From Pelomyxa schiedti (Eukaryota > Protista > Evosea), in contig JAHLWZ010000797.1 of the NCBI GenBank assembly GCA_020536535.1, positions 62,001 through 126,000 on the forward strand: a stretch of 64,000 bases of DNA, written 5' to 3'. Position 1 is the first letter of the stretch; each line of letters starts with the position of its first letter. The translations under genes were made by a program, and so were the position numbers. Positions 48,757 to 61,642 of the stretch are shown piece by piece. The notes beneath the pieces are model-generated. The model worked only from the letters and a program-made list of their open reading frames with translations. It had not been told where the DNA came from and ran no database searches.

Positions 48757-50834
48757 TCAACTGGAGTGTGTTGTGGTGGATGTTGCGGGCGCCTGGGGAT
48801 TCTCGACCCATAAGCGCGCTCGGTAGTCATTGGAGCAGGTGACCAGTGTGTTCTCCACTGGCGATGCGGCGATCCACCGTACTATATTGGTGTGCCCGGC
48901 TAATCTCTGAACCTGGAATTTGGGTTAGTGGGAACTTAGGGTTCTATGCAATTGAAGCCAAACCTGTTCTCCTGTCCGTGAATTAAAAACTACAGCGCAG
49001 GTAGCTTGCTCGTCTGATCCGATTATATAGTCCTCGTTCCAGTTGAAAGTGGCTTGCAGTCTATACTTTTGGGTCTGTGCCAAATGTTATATATGCGGCT
49101 TTTTTTTGTTGTGACTGCACAGTACCTGACCAACCGTTATGGCTGTTAACTGTTGTCCAGTGGTAAGCTCCCATAGTCTGACGGTAGCGTCCTTCCCACT
49201 TGAAAGGAGGTACCTCTGATTTTTAGAGAACTGGATTGAACAAACCTTTCAATTGAATCAATTAGATGAAACTCAATAATTATTTGGAGTCATACTTCGC
49301 ACCCTGAATGGGCACCCTCTAATGTATTTATACAAGCATGCGTAACTCCATCCCAAAGTTTAATGCTGTACATCATAAGAAAGTAAAAAAGGAAATTTAT
49401 GGGAACAAACCTTCCATCTTTTGATGAACTTGCAAAGACATTTCCTTGGGGGGCATATCTGACCTGCATTACTTTATTATTGTGTGCAGGGGAAAAGTAT
49501 GCAATACCATTGTTACTGGCCCTCGGTGGTGGTGTTGAGGGTTTGGAGAAGTATAACAATTTGCTGTGGTTACATCATAAAGTCTAACAACATTATGGTC
49601 CGTTCCTGCTAGAAAGTAGTCACCAGTAGGGTGGAATGACACAGACCGAACATTGTGTGTATCCTTCATTGATGTTATTTCACATAAGAGGGAAAATATT
49701 CTACTTTTAGGCAGCGGAAGGCTCTTTTAACTTGGCCCTTTAAATCATAAAACTTGACTGTGCAATCCCGACTCGCACTAATGAGAATTGGCATGGTTGG
49801 ATGAAAATCTAATTCGTTTATAGACTGAAGCAATAGTTAGGGAGCACAGAGAAAGGGTGGGAGAAACCTGTGTGTGATCATAAAAGGTTCTTATGACAGG
49901 TCTTATTGGGGATGACTCGTCAGTCATTGAGGAGTCAGATTTACTGGTTTGTGTGAAAGATTTCATTTTTTCAACATCCAGAAGTTTGAGTGATGTGTCA
50001 GCAGATCCTGTAGCAACCAATGTTCCTGTAGTTTGTGAACAACAGATGACGCGGGATGCAAACTACCTTGTGGGTTGAACTTGGCGACTCTGCAAGCATT
50101 TTTGTGGGTCGTAACGAATCGAGTGACAAAGGATGACGGCGGGGCTGGTGCCACAACCCTTGTTCCTAATTACAAGAGCCCAATTAATTCACAAACTGTG
50201 AACATACATAGGAAGATTAAAGAGTGAGGATGTCAACAGGCGAACTCAGGCAGGAGATACAGACAGATAGAGAGACGTACAGCAAAGGTAACACATCAAC
50301 GAATGCTGGGTATAAACGTAGAAAATATGAGTGTGTGTACCATTTGCCTCTGCCTGCAAGTCCAAGCACCTTTCGCCATCATCAAACTGGTGAGCTTCAG
50401 TGAGAGTGGTTAGGCCAGGAATGGATGCAGCCGCATCGAGCTCCTTCTGCTTGGCCTTGCCCAGAGTAACAAGTTGAAGCAGTTGTGAGCCCCGGCCTCC
50501 TCGGCCTCCTGGATGGTATATTTGTGTAGCTTCTGACAACAACGCTGCAGCTTGTGCATATCCATCTGTTTGCAGTTGCCTGATGGTACATTGGTGTTGC
50601 CTAGCCAAAAGACAAAAACCCAAACATTACAAACACAGCAACGTGGTTGACAACACAATCGGTTTTTTTTTTATCCCCTGTTTTGTGGGTTTGGTGAAGA
50701 TATCGCAGGGAACATACAAACCCTATTACGAGTTCATAAAGTTCGTGGGGGTCCACAAGCTGTTGATTACTCGGTTGATTCGCCGGCGTGGTAGGAGGCG
50801 CCGACGGGGCTGCGGACGCGCTCGCACCAATCAT
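48757..50834 (-). CDS. CSTF1: Cleavage stimulation factor 50 kDa subunit
   Basis: Dimerisation motif LYELVIG|QLQTDGY. WD40 motifs FVTTHKNACRVAKF, TGSADTSLKLLDV, PVIRTFYDH, VRSVSFHPTGDYFLAGTDH and TCSNDYRARLW. Confidence 0.93.
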
Positions 50835-50981
50835 CACTGGCCAATTTAGTGTAGATCTCTCCTTAAGAACCCAAGTTGGTTGAATAGTTACAGTCCCCAG
50901 GGCCGCCGTCGGGGGAACTCCTCTCTCTTTTGGGTTGGCGTCTGGCCTCGATTCCAAGGCCGTAGGAGAGAACAGATTCCG

Positions 50982-52496
50982 ATGTTTTTGAACAAGAAGA
51001 AGAAAATCACCAACCGCCCTCTTCGGTTGCGAGGAGACATGCCAAACGACGGGTACCTGTACGTGACGCCGCGACCCGGGAGCCCCGATATTATCACGGA
51101 AGTGTTGGCGTGGAGCTGGAGTTTCGACTCCATGTCCCACCCCGCCCCGCGCCCTCCCCTCCGCCGCGGGCGCCGCCGCAACCGCCTCGCCCTGGACTAC
51201 GCCTACGCAGCCGACGAGGGCGAGTGGGAGGGAGGGGACGAGGACGGGCAGCAAGGGGGCGGGGGCGAGGAGCCGGCGGCGGACCCGATGAGGATGGGGG
51301 ACGTGAGGGGGTGGAGCGCGGCCAGGACCGTCGAGTGGCTCGCCGACACCATGCACATGCCCCAGTACGTCAAACCGTTTACCGAGAACATGGCATGTTG
51401 ATCGATTGATTTGATGGAGTTATTACTACTACATATAGACGCGGGGAGATGGAGATGCATTTCACACACACAGATTGTTTGTCATTTCACTTATCTGCCC
51501 ATTTTATGTATGGAATTCTGACTAATGGGAAAGGTGGACGGGGAGGTTCTGCTGGAATTGGATGAAGATGACCTGAAAGAGAGTCTTGGAGTGACAGTTA
51601 TAGGTCACAGAATCAAGATTCTCAACGCAATTCGCAAGGCCCGTTATTATCAGAAGCGCCGCAAACCCGCTGTCGCTGAAAATAGGTTCTCTGCCACACT
51701 ATTTCTGGACGCAGCATCCCACAAGACTCTCTTTACGAGCGTGATTGGGGGCACTCCCTTATACAGTGTTGTACTGGTCAACTTCATTGCAAAAAACCGA
51801 CATAGTGTTGGCGATGATGAAGACGACGCTTCTTCCGGGATAAAGCCCGCCGAAGGGCAGCCCGTACATGCACTTGAGATGAGAAATGTATCGTGCAGCT
51901 CTATTTCAGCTGGAGGGTCTGGAGGTGAAGACCGCTTCACCTGCAGCATAGACTTTACCCCAACGAAGTATTTCATTCGAAGAATACCTTAGTAAAACTA
52001 ATACCCAAATTCCACCAAGTTTCTCGATCCATTACCTAGGTGTGCATGATTGTTCTAAGCCAGACTTATTGTATAATTACTTCCTCTCGTCACCCGTGGA
52101 TCCAAGTGTGCTGGAACCAACATTCTGTGAGAACCACAACTTGATGGATTATGCACCTGGCATTTCTCTATGTGTTGTTGATGGGAAGCTGGACACTCTC
52201 GAATGGGGAAAAGCAATTTCCTGGTCCCCCAAGAATCACAAGGTTCCTTCTCTGCAACACATTTCCTTAGTTTCACACCCTTTCTCCACAAACCAAACCC
52301 CCAGGCGTACCCTAGAGCTTTTAGGAGCATGGTTTTCCTGCTGCTTCTTATGCATCGCCGTAAAGAATGTCCCTTGCACGTTCTACCTCTTCACGTTCTG
52401 TTGAAAGTGTTCACCCTTCTCAGTACAACCTATCAGGTGAACCCTTTTGATAAATGGCCTCTGCCAGAGCCAGGACTACAAAAAGAACGGGATTAA
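50982..52496 (+). CDS. SAM-domain protein with C-terminal F-box-like motif
   Basis: SAM domain VRGWSAARTVEWL...YVKPFTEN|..VDGEVLLELDEDDLKESLGVTVIGHRIKILNAI. C-terminal LHVLPLHVLLKVF. Confidence 0.75.
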
Positions 52497-52547
52497 TTTT
52501 CAATTTTTATTGGTAACGCGTTGGCTTATTTATTATTGGCTGGGGCT

Positions 52548-53650
52548 CTAGTGGTGATCAGGGGAGCGTGTTTCTGTTGGTGGTTGGTCCTCTTTCCCAC
52601 GGGAGGGTGAGTGGGACTTCTTGGGCGAGCGGGGGTGGTGGCGGCACCGGGACCGGGACCGGGACCGGGATTTGGACTTGGAGTGTGCTGGGGACTTAGA
52701 GCGGGGCCGTGTGCGTGGTGGGGAGCGAGAGCGGGAATGGGAATGGGAGCGTGAGTGCGAGCGGTGGCGCGAGCGGACAGGGGAGCGGGAGCGGGAGCGA
52801 GAACGTGAGCGGGAGCGGGAACGAGACCGGGAGCGGCGGGGTGACCGCGAGTATGACGGGGACCTGGACCGGCGTGAGCCACCCCACCTGCCCCCACTTG
52901 CGGGTCTCCCAGTACAGTTTCTGGCTATGTGACCTTCATACCCACAGGTGTAGCACTTGACGGAACTGGCGGGTCCTTTGAGAAGGGTTAAGGTAAAGAT
53001 GGTGTTTAAGTACCAAGAGAGAAGGTGCTGCTTATTAGAGTATGATGACCTCTGTCCCATCAGTGCGATGAACACATTGTGTGAAATGATGAACGTGGAA
53101 CACCAGTGTGAAATGAGAGCGCAAAACACCAATGTGAATGTGATGATGTGAAACGTGTTCAGTCATTGACGAACTTTTTGGGTGTAAAAATCCACAAACA
53201 AAACCGCGCTAGCAAGCAAGGGAGAGAATTATAGGAGAAAAACATAAGGAAATCAGAAACACAAGTAATGGGGGAAAAAAACAAAAGGGAGAGGATGGAA
53301 ACCCCTATGACCAGAAGAAGGACCTCTTCCGTGAGCCCATTGAACTGTTATTCTGGCTCCGTGTAGAGTAGAACTATCCATGTCATGAATGGCATCCTCG
53401 GCACTTCGCTTATCACGAAACTGTATAAACCCGTAACCTTTTTCGAAGCATTACAAAGAGAACGTAACAGTGAAAACTAGTACCTCGCCCAGTGATAATT
53501 ACACATTTTTCTATCTCCCCAAATTGTCGAAATGCCGACTCCAACTCATCGTTGGATGTGCCGTAATCGAGACGACCTGTTGTTACCTCATAAGACCCAC
53601 AACCCCACATTATTAACTGAGATCCCGCCCGCACCGATAAACAGCGACAT
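52548..53650 (-). CDS. SRSF7: SR splicing factor with RRM, CCHC zinc knuckle and RS domain (SRSF7/9G8-like)
   Basis: MSLFIG|[21 protein letters not shown]...[25 protein letters not shown] knuckle and a long RS tract. Orthology to SRSF7 is by architecture only. Confidence 0.9.
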
Positions 53651-53751
53651 GTCACCCGGCACACTCAAGTTAGTTTTTTTTTTCTCTTTCTTCTTCTTTA
53701 CAGATTTTTGATTGCAACTGCCTCAGGGAATTTTCCCCGACGGAGGCACAC

Positions 53752-56700
53752 TCAGCTGAGGTCGTCGTGAGTGCGAGATTCGAGACTTGGGTTGCTGGTG
53801 TTACTATTTTTGCCCCACAGGGAGGCTATTGAGGCGAGCGTTTGTTGGAGGTGACGTGTGGCCGTGGTGGGTTGTTGTGCAGTGAGTAGTATCCTGTACA
53901 TATCCTTGAGGGTGTCTACTTTCTTGGATTTCTTGGTGGCTGCGGCGTCGCTGCGTGCGGGGGTGTTGCTGCTGAGTGCTTCCTTGAGCAAATCGCGGAC
54001 GGTGAACGAGGCCGAGGTCAGGGCAATGCGGGTGCTATCGGCATTCACCTCCTTGTTGATTGATTGGATCCCAAGAAGGGTTTGCAAGGCTAGACTGAGA
54101 TTTTTGCTACGTTTGTCAGAAAGTGAAGATGTTTGGAGTTTCGCCAGCTCACATGTAATACGAATAAATTCGTCTGGATCGGACTGAAATAGATAAGAAC
54201 GGTGCTATCTAGTTTATTGTCTTACCTCTGAAGTATAGAACAATAGGGCTTGCTTGTAGTGATTCGCTGCGAGTTTTTCCTGTCGCTCCAGTACACGAGG
54301 TACGTAGTTGCCTGATGCTGTTTGGGCAGCAATGGCAGAGTATACTCTCCCCAGAGAGAAATGCGCACGGGCCATGTGATTACCGAGCTAAAGCGAGTTT
54401 GAGTGATGATCAGTTTCGAGGAGGAGCTACCTTTAGATCAGTATACATCTTCAAGGCTTTTAACATGAGTTCTGCTGCTTCTTGAAGGCAGTCAGGCCGT
54501 CCTTGCATAATTCTCGTTCCAAGGCTCAAAAAGGTTGTAGCTTCGACTTGTAAAAACAAAATGGCATTCACATAATATACCGAGTTCAGAAGATACTTTA
54601 TTCCAAATGTCTGTGTATCTGAGACGAGCAAGTGTCAGATTATCTTTTCAATCAGAGACGCACCCTTGCCCATGTTCAAGAATATCTTGTGCTGATTTGT
54701 ATATTTGTATGGCCTTAGTATAATGTACTTCTTCCTCAGCTCCAAAGGGAACATTGGAGTTCTCATCTGTTGGTGGAATCGGCCCGTTTTCGGTCTGTGG
54801 CGCCCCACATGAACCTACCGTTGTAGATGCAAGTCTAGCACGTTCACACTCAGCGGACAGTCTCATTACATGGCCAAGATTACAGTGGAGTAGTGCTATA
54901 TTCGCCTTATCTAGAGTGCTTAATGAACTCTCCACGATAAGACACGTGAACCATTAATTGAGCGAAAAGTATCAATTCCCAATGTAAAATTCCACGCGGC
55001 TTTTGTGGGGCGGTTTATATTTAAGAAGTACAGTCCAAGTTGATTTTGCACATTTCCAAGTTTCCGGGTTATGGCCCTATTTTTCAAATCAGTGTGAGGT
55101 TTGAGGGAAGGAAATATACATAAACTCAGAGTTTGAAACCTCACGTGTGATCTGATTTTGTGCCCTCATGTAGAAAAGAGCAGCCATTCGGTAGTTGGCT
55201 TCGGGATCCAGGGTAATGTCTTCAATTAGAGAAAGCATCTGTGCGAGACTGGGTTGTTTGCCTCCGGAGACAGGAAAAGCTTTAACAAGTGAACCAGAAG
55301 AAAAAGAATAAAGCAACACACAAGGAGCAGCAAGATTTATTGAGAATTCGTGCTCCAGAGCACAGACATGTGAGTCTGCGCGGTGCTGACTTAGAGATGC
55401 TGGAGTCAGGCTACTAGGGATAGAAATATAAATATCCCCAGCAAGTGCAAGCAGTGAGCCGAAAAGAACCACCTCGTACCGCGAGGGCTGTGTATTTGCG
55501 TGACCTGAGGGAATGGAAGTAGCCGTGACAGAAGCAATTCCCGAGAGTTCAAGGAGTCTTAGGGCACCTCTGACGAAAGTAAGACAGAAAATCGATTCAC
55601 TTGAAGGCTACCCTAAGTGACCTTTGGATTTCAAGGAATTTGCTAAGTAGTAGAGGCAGGCAACTAGTTTGATTGCCATTGACCGCAACTTCAAGGAGTG
55701 GAAGCGTCTATTTCGGGGTTCTATTTTTAAAGCCGCAGACATCATTGTATCAATTCCCTGAGTGGCATGTTATAAAGGAAGGATGGGCTAAGAGGTACTT
55801 GAACAAGGTGTTTGGCAGCTTCACAATGAGTACGGTCTGACTCAGACAACCGTGTAATTGAGGTGCCAACTGTAACAACAGACAAATTTTTCTCGCTTGG
55901 AAGGGTGGCACTCTGAAAGGTGGAAGGAAGAGGAGGAAGAAAAGGCGAGGCCAGTTGGTATAAGTGAGTATCGGCAATCCGTTCATGAGCATCTGCCCAT
56001 ATTGTTGGGTATCGCTCCTATACAGAAGTTACGTTGAAAGAGAAAAACCCATGTACTTTGTCCACTAGCTGAATGGTACCCTGAAAGAGGTCTCTGCTCC
56101 TCGCTGGGGAGTCTGGCAAGTCTGCTTGGAATACTCTTTCTTGTGTAAGTGAACTCTATATTTAGGCGGTACCTGTAACCAGTCCGATAGCACAACATTG
56201 CCACAGCATGGGAAAATGGGCGCTCTAAAAGGCATAACCTTGAAAGTTAAACAAAAACAAGAAATGCAAATAAAAAAACCTGGAGTGCATTCTAAGCTTG
56301 CAAATAATTCACAGAAGTTGCTTATGTCATACACATTTACCGAAGATTCCCCAGAAGGCTGTTTTTCATTTACTTGGAGTTGAGGGACTCACTCATACCT
56401 TAAAGAGCCAGTAGGTTCCAGCAAATTTTGTACAAGTTGAATGGAGAAACTTTATCAAGGAGAGTGCCTGATCTTAAATGTGGTTATCAATAGCTAAGTG
56501 TCCAAAGGTATTATTTCCGTACTCATAGCGACTTCAGGCTTGAAGTTTAGACTAGGGTCACATTGTATAAACTTTGGTAGTTCTTCTGTTGGAACAACTT
56601 GGTACCCCTTTTATTGATATAAGGTTGACCCTCCCATCAAAAGAACTGAGAGTAACTAAATTAGTTATAGAAATGCCAAACCTGCACAACGCCTTCTTTA

Positions 56701-58070
56701 TGGTAACAAATTGCAACAGCAGAAGCATTGCAAAGTACATTTTCCAACCATAAGTCTAACCATGTGGAAGAATCTGGAAGTCCGACACGATCAAGATCTC
56801 GGAGACACAAAGATACAAGTGCGTGATCAGAAGTGCAAAATAGTGGCAGGTCACTTCCATGTATGATTTCCCTTTTTTCCACAATCTCTTATTTCTATTG
56901 AAAGAGGGAAATGCCTACTTATCACACAACGTGAATCGGTATAAGCGAGTGAATGATTTTGGAGGATCGCTGAGTTCAGGAGGTGGGTTTTTGCTGTAAA
57001 GTACTTTCATAAATTCTGTGTGCGGTCAGTATTAAGCTGGCAAGGGATTTAATCTATACCATCTTTTTCTTTGATGAACTGTTGCGATTCGCCTGAGGTT
57101 TTTGTGGTACTGGTAGTGTTTGATCTAGTCTCCAACGAGTGATACAGAAACTTGGAAAATAGTGTATTTTGATAAGTATTCTCGGGGTTCTTCTTTTTTG
57201 CTGGCCCCTGTGAAGTTCCAGAGTAGCTTAGGAATTAGAAGGAACATGCTTCTCAAGAGTGTACCAAAGGGATACTGCCGTCTATGACCAGCGATTGGCC
57301 AATTCTGTGAATCGCCAAGGAGACAGACTCAGAAGTTCCGAATGGCATTTTAAAAACAGATTTCAGATTTTGGGTTGGGGCTGTACTCATTTAATGGGCA
57401 GCCAGCAAAAAAAGAGTATTTACCTATAATGTCAACAGCATCCCCGAAGTCCGTGAGAGAACTACTGGGAAATTCTTCAAATATGCGGAAAGGATTGGCC
57501 TGAAAACCTCCAGATGAACACAAATATGGCCAGATATCTACACCAAGCTGCACTAATATGAGCCTTCAGTTGGAGAGGTGAAGACAACCCTTTCATCATA
57601 CGCAAGCCACCAAGGGGGTGTAACTTTCAAGTCAGTTCCATTTGGTAGAATTTTCAAAACCTGGATGTTCTTCAGAATGAAGTCCCTCTCCCACATATGA
57701 CATAGCAAGATAACAGTGTAGAAAGACAAACTGGGTGTTGTGTGACAGCATCCCTGACGATTTTTACTTTCGTTGCCACTGTGCCAGGCTGCGGAGCTGA
57801 TGGCACGTCCGAAGTGGGTAGATTAACCCCAACTGTAGAATCTGGTAGCGCCGGAGACGTGTTTGATTTGGCATCTGCTGCAACAAGCAGATCTTGGACC
57901 CCACCGTCACAACCACATGCAATTACTTCGACTTGCGGTCGATCTCCGGGCGAACTTTGTTGTGCCGAGGGAGGTTCCTTCAAAGACAGTGTCGCTATGG
58001 GTGTACGTGCCGCCAATCGCAGCGGATCTGCGTACTGGTCACCAACCACAGACACACTCAGCTGCATCAT
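53752..58070 (-). CDS. EDRF1: Erythroid differentiation-related factor 1-like protein (C-terminal TPRs)
   Basis: IIHGSDLPLF...VSLCLRD and WLDLWLENVLCNASAVAICYHKEGVVQ match the EDRF1 conserved blocks. TPR-like LGNVQNQLGLYFL. Confidence 0.8.
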
Positions 58071-58230
58071 CTCCTCGGTTTTTTTCTCTAATAGGGTTTT
58101 CCAAGTAGGAAGTGTTTATTTTCTCATTGAACGACAAGTCTTCGGCTTTCGGCCGACATTTAGGAAAAATTTCAAACATTTTTTTTCTACTTTACAACAC
58201 TCAACAAGCACAACCCCATTGGGGTTGTGT

Positions 58231-61200
58231 TCAGTACTGTGCCTGTTCCACAACAGAACAGTCTGCAGCTGGAATTGTCCATACATCTGGCCTAGATTGA
58301 TACAGATCTCTCAGTTGTTTGATTGCGTCGAGGGCTGTGGTGCTGCTTGGCCGTTTCTCGGGCACGGGATCGACGCAGCGGAGGTACAGGTCGTGGACGG
58401 CCTGCGGTACTGCCGCGGGCATTGTGGGACGCTTGTGGTATTTGGAGGCCTGGATGAACACTTGGTGGCTGAGGAACAGCTTGTACTCGGCAAATGGGAG
58501 TTGCCATCTCTGCGTCACTACGCAGTTGCACAATTCCCACAGTAGAATTCCGAACGAATATATGTCCGACTTGTCGGTGAAGGACTGGGAGAAATAGAGC
58601 TCCGGGGCCGTGTGCGACAAATTCCCTCTTGGTTTTCTCAGCGTGTCCATATTTTCTCTACTGCCGAATCGAGCCAATCCAAAATCGCAAAGCTTAATTC
58701 TTCCACTGGAAGATACTACACAATTGCTTGATTTCAGGTCTCTGATTTTTAGTGTGAGCAAACTCAAAACATTACAAGGGACATCCTACCTATGATACAG
58801 AGGAGGGTTCATCGTGTGCATCGCAGTGAGGCCGGTAAGGATATCTTCAAGATAACCAAGGGCCTCTGACCAACCAATAGGAGCCTTTGCGTCCTGCATC
58901 ACACTGTAGAGTGAACCTCTGTTGCACAGCTCCATCACGAGGAGGGGCTTCATAGGCTCTGAAATGCATACACCGTAGAAGGTGACAAGCCATCCAGATT
59001 TTACGGTGCTCAGCACTGTGAGTTCGTGAAGGAAGTCCCGCAGCTGCTCTTCGTTGGTAACTTGGACTCTTTTTGCTGCTGCCATTTTGCTCTCCATGCC
59101 ACTTGCGTCCAAGAGCTCACAAGAGAACACTTTTCCAAATGCACCGCTACCAATCTAAAACGAAGTAAGCTGACACTGCTTAAGTTAGGTTGGTAACTAC
59201 ATACAGGTACAAGATTCTTTAGCCTGGCGGAGTCAATGATAAGTGAGGAATCCACTAATTCAGTGACAGCACTTATTATTCCGCTTGCTTCTATCGGTGC
59301 TGGTCTGCATTGAGCGAGACAGCTGGACTTTGACTTTCGGATAGCCGGAACCGGGCTTCCTACCAGCCGGGGCTGGGATACTGGTGAAGCCAGCATTGAA
59401 ACGGAATCGGCTGTACAAGGCCTCCTGAGAGCGGGAGAGCCCAAGTTGAGAGAGCCTGGCCTCATAGTAGGCGAGAATGGACGCAGGACTGGAGAAGTGG
59501 GTGCCTGCTGACATTCCCTCTGAGGGTCTGCTGCTACCTGAGGAAGAGAAATAGAAGCCGGGAGTGACTTGGGAGAGCTGGGGCTCACGGCCGGTGAGGA
59601 ACAAGAGGATGACAGCAGAGAATAATAAGCAGGAGGTGTACTGCAGAGTGGATGGGGACTCTGGATCAACTCTGTCTTGGGGGAATAGCACCGCGGAATA
59701 ACGGGGCTTGCTGGGCTTTGTGCCAAAATGCAGGGTGGCGACACGATTTTTACTGGTGAGAGTAAGTATAGGTTGCTATTAGACTGTCTTTTCACAAGAG
59801 CCGTCATGTGTAGTAGTTGTAGTGTTAGTTTGTTGTTGTTATTGTTTTCTTTATTTTTGTGGGAGGGAAGCTGTTCTTTCTCAGCGTATAAAAAGGTTCC
59901 CTGTCAGTTACTTGGGACTTCATCTACGCAGATTAGTCGGCAGAGAGAGAAACCCGAGCCCTCATTTGCAAAAAAGGAAAGGTGCACAACTGGATCATCC
60001 CATTCACTGTCCCAGAAAGGTAACCTCGCCAGGGATTTTCACCGGAATTTGGCTATGTCGACGAAAATCCGCAGGAATTTGTGGCAATTATAGACGAGAT
60101 CTGGCTGAACGAAAACCGTGCCCCCTAACACGTTCGCGACGATATCACCCCCAACAAAGCCAGTACAACCAGGGGGGACTGACCACCAACTTGCACAATC
60201 TGCAATCTGCTGCGCGAAAAAGGGAAAAAAGAAAAGTTTGGTGTGAATTTGATTCTTCTTGAAGGGCACAAAAAGGGGTGTTATCAAGAGTGTGTGAGGT
60301 TGCGTATGGTCGCGTTGGTGGTTTGTATCTTCTCGGCAAGTTCCTGTAGGTGTTACAATTATGGGAGGCTGGAATTGAAATAGGATTGGGGGTACACACC
60401 CTTGCTTTCCTTAGTTTGAGAGCATGAAGTTTTTCTAGGTTTACAACATCTGGTGGTGGAATTTGCAAGTCTTGTGTGGGATAGTCACCACTATTGGGAG
60501 TAAATTGAGAGAATAAGGGAGGCATGTGGGTACGTGAGAGAGGTGGCATCCATTGATTTGTAGTCAACTTGTGAGCACACAATCAAGTTGGTGATCTCTG
60601 GAATGACTGGCCGTAATCTTTTGTTTGTGAGTCTCTGACATCTGGCCACCCAATCTTTTTACCTGGATGTGGGGCTAGGGGTGACAAGGAATTTGTAGTC
60701 TACATTGTAGATAGGACTGCCAGATGAAGTAAATAATACAAATAGAAGTGGCTGGGAGTCTGCTGTACTCTCAAATCTGAGAAAACATGAGGGTGACGAA
60801 CTGTAACAAAAAGATGCACATTTCGTGAAGGGATTTATGAACAGCAGTTTCCCGTAGTGATGGGTGAAGTGAAGTACACTTGCGATACTTCCACCAGCCC
60901 AGTATTGTCTGTAGTGTGCATGATAAGTGACAAAGTGTAGGCAGAGAGTGCTTTACTTGGTTTTCAGGTGCAAGTTGTAACAGATGGCTCGTGTTTGCGG
61001 TACCAGAACTGTCGTAAAAGGAGAAGGCGGGTGAGGAACTTACAAAGGCAGAAATATCTGCATGAGACAAAAAAGCCGGGGCAAATGGTTAACAAAGAGC
61101 AACGATGGAAAAAGAGGGAAGAAAAAACTGAGTGATATGACTGTGGTTGTTTTGTCGGACATGGAGTCTTCTGTCGTAGACACCACACTACGTGTAACAC

Positions 61201-61432
61201 TCCCCAGGACTGCTCCTTCCTGTGCCACCGTTATTTAATTCCGAATCATGCAATACAAAAAAAAAAAAAAGGAATAATCAATAATTTCTAAAGAAAACCA
61301 ATGCCAGGTGAGCACGACAAAAAAGAAACGAAAAAAAAAAAAGGGTTGCACCATGTCACCGCCCTCAGCCACGGACAACTCGTACAACGCCGATGCAAAC
61401 GTAACCCCCGACAGCCTCACGACAATACTCAT
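58231..61432 (-). CDS. TKL-group protein kinase with long N-terminal region
   Basis: IGSGAFGKVF, AAAK, E in the alphaC helix, H|RDLKSSN, DFGLAR, TAPE, DIYSFGILLWEL and KRPS. The N-terminal exon structure is uncertain. Confidence 0.9.
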
Positions 61433-61642
61433 TTTGGCACCTTCTTTTGGTAAGTGATAGTTTCTTCTTGCCTTAAGCCTGAGAGAGGTGATCTGAGCCC
61501 ACCCACTTCATTCCGCTCTGTTATCAAGAGCGTGATATCAATCTCTTCTCGTCTTCATTGCAGACACAGTGTGGTGCTGTACAGGAAACGAACACTTCTT
61601 TGGCTAAATTGGTTTTTTTTTCCGGTTTCACCAAAGACGACG

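Noticed and set aside
47313-48813. Dense cluster of overlapping ORFs on both strands
   Set aside because: They arise from the stop-poor, GC-rich, Ser/Ala/Gly-rich exon 46756..48597 and show no independent domains.
53042-53160. ATGATGA (C-box-like) motifs suggesting a C/D snoRNA
   Set aside because: They are antisense to the host intron, and I saw no matching CTGA D box or terminal stem on that strand.
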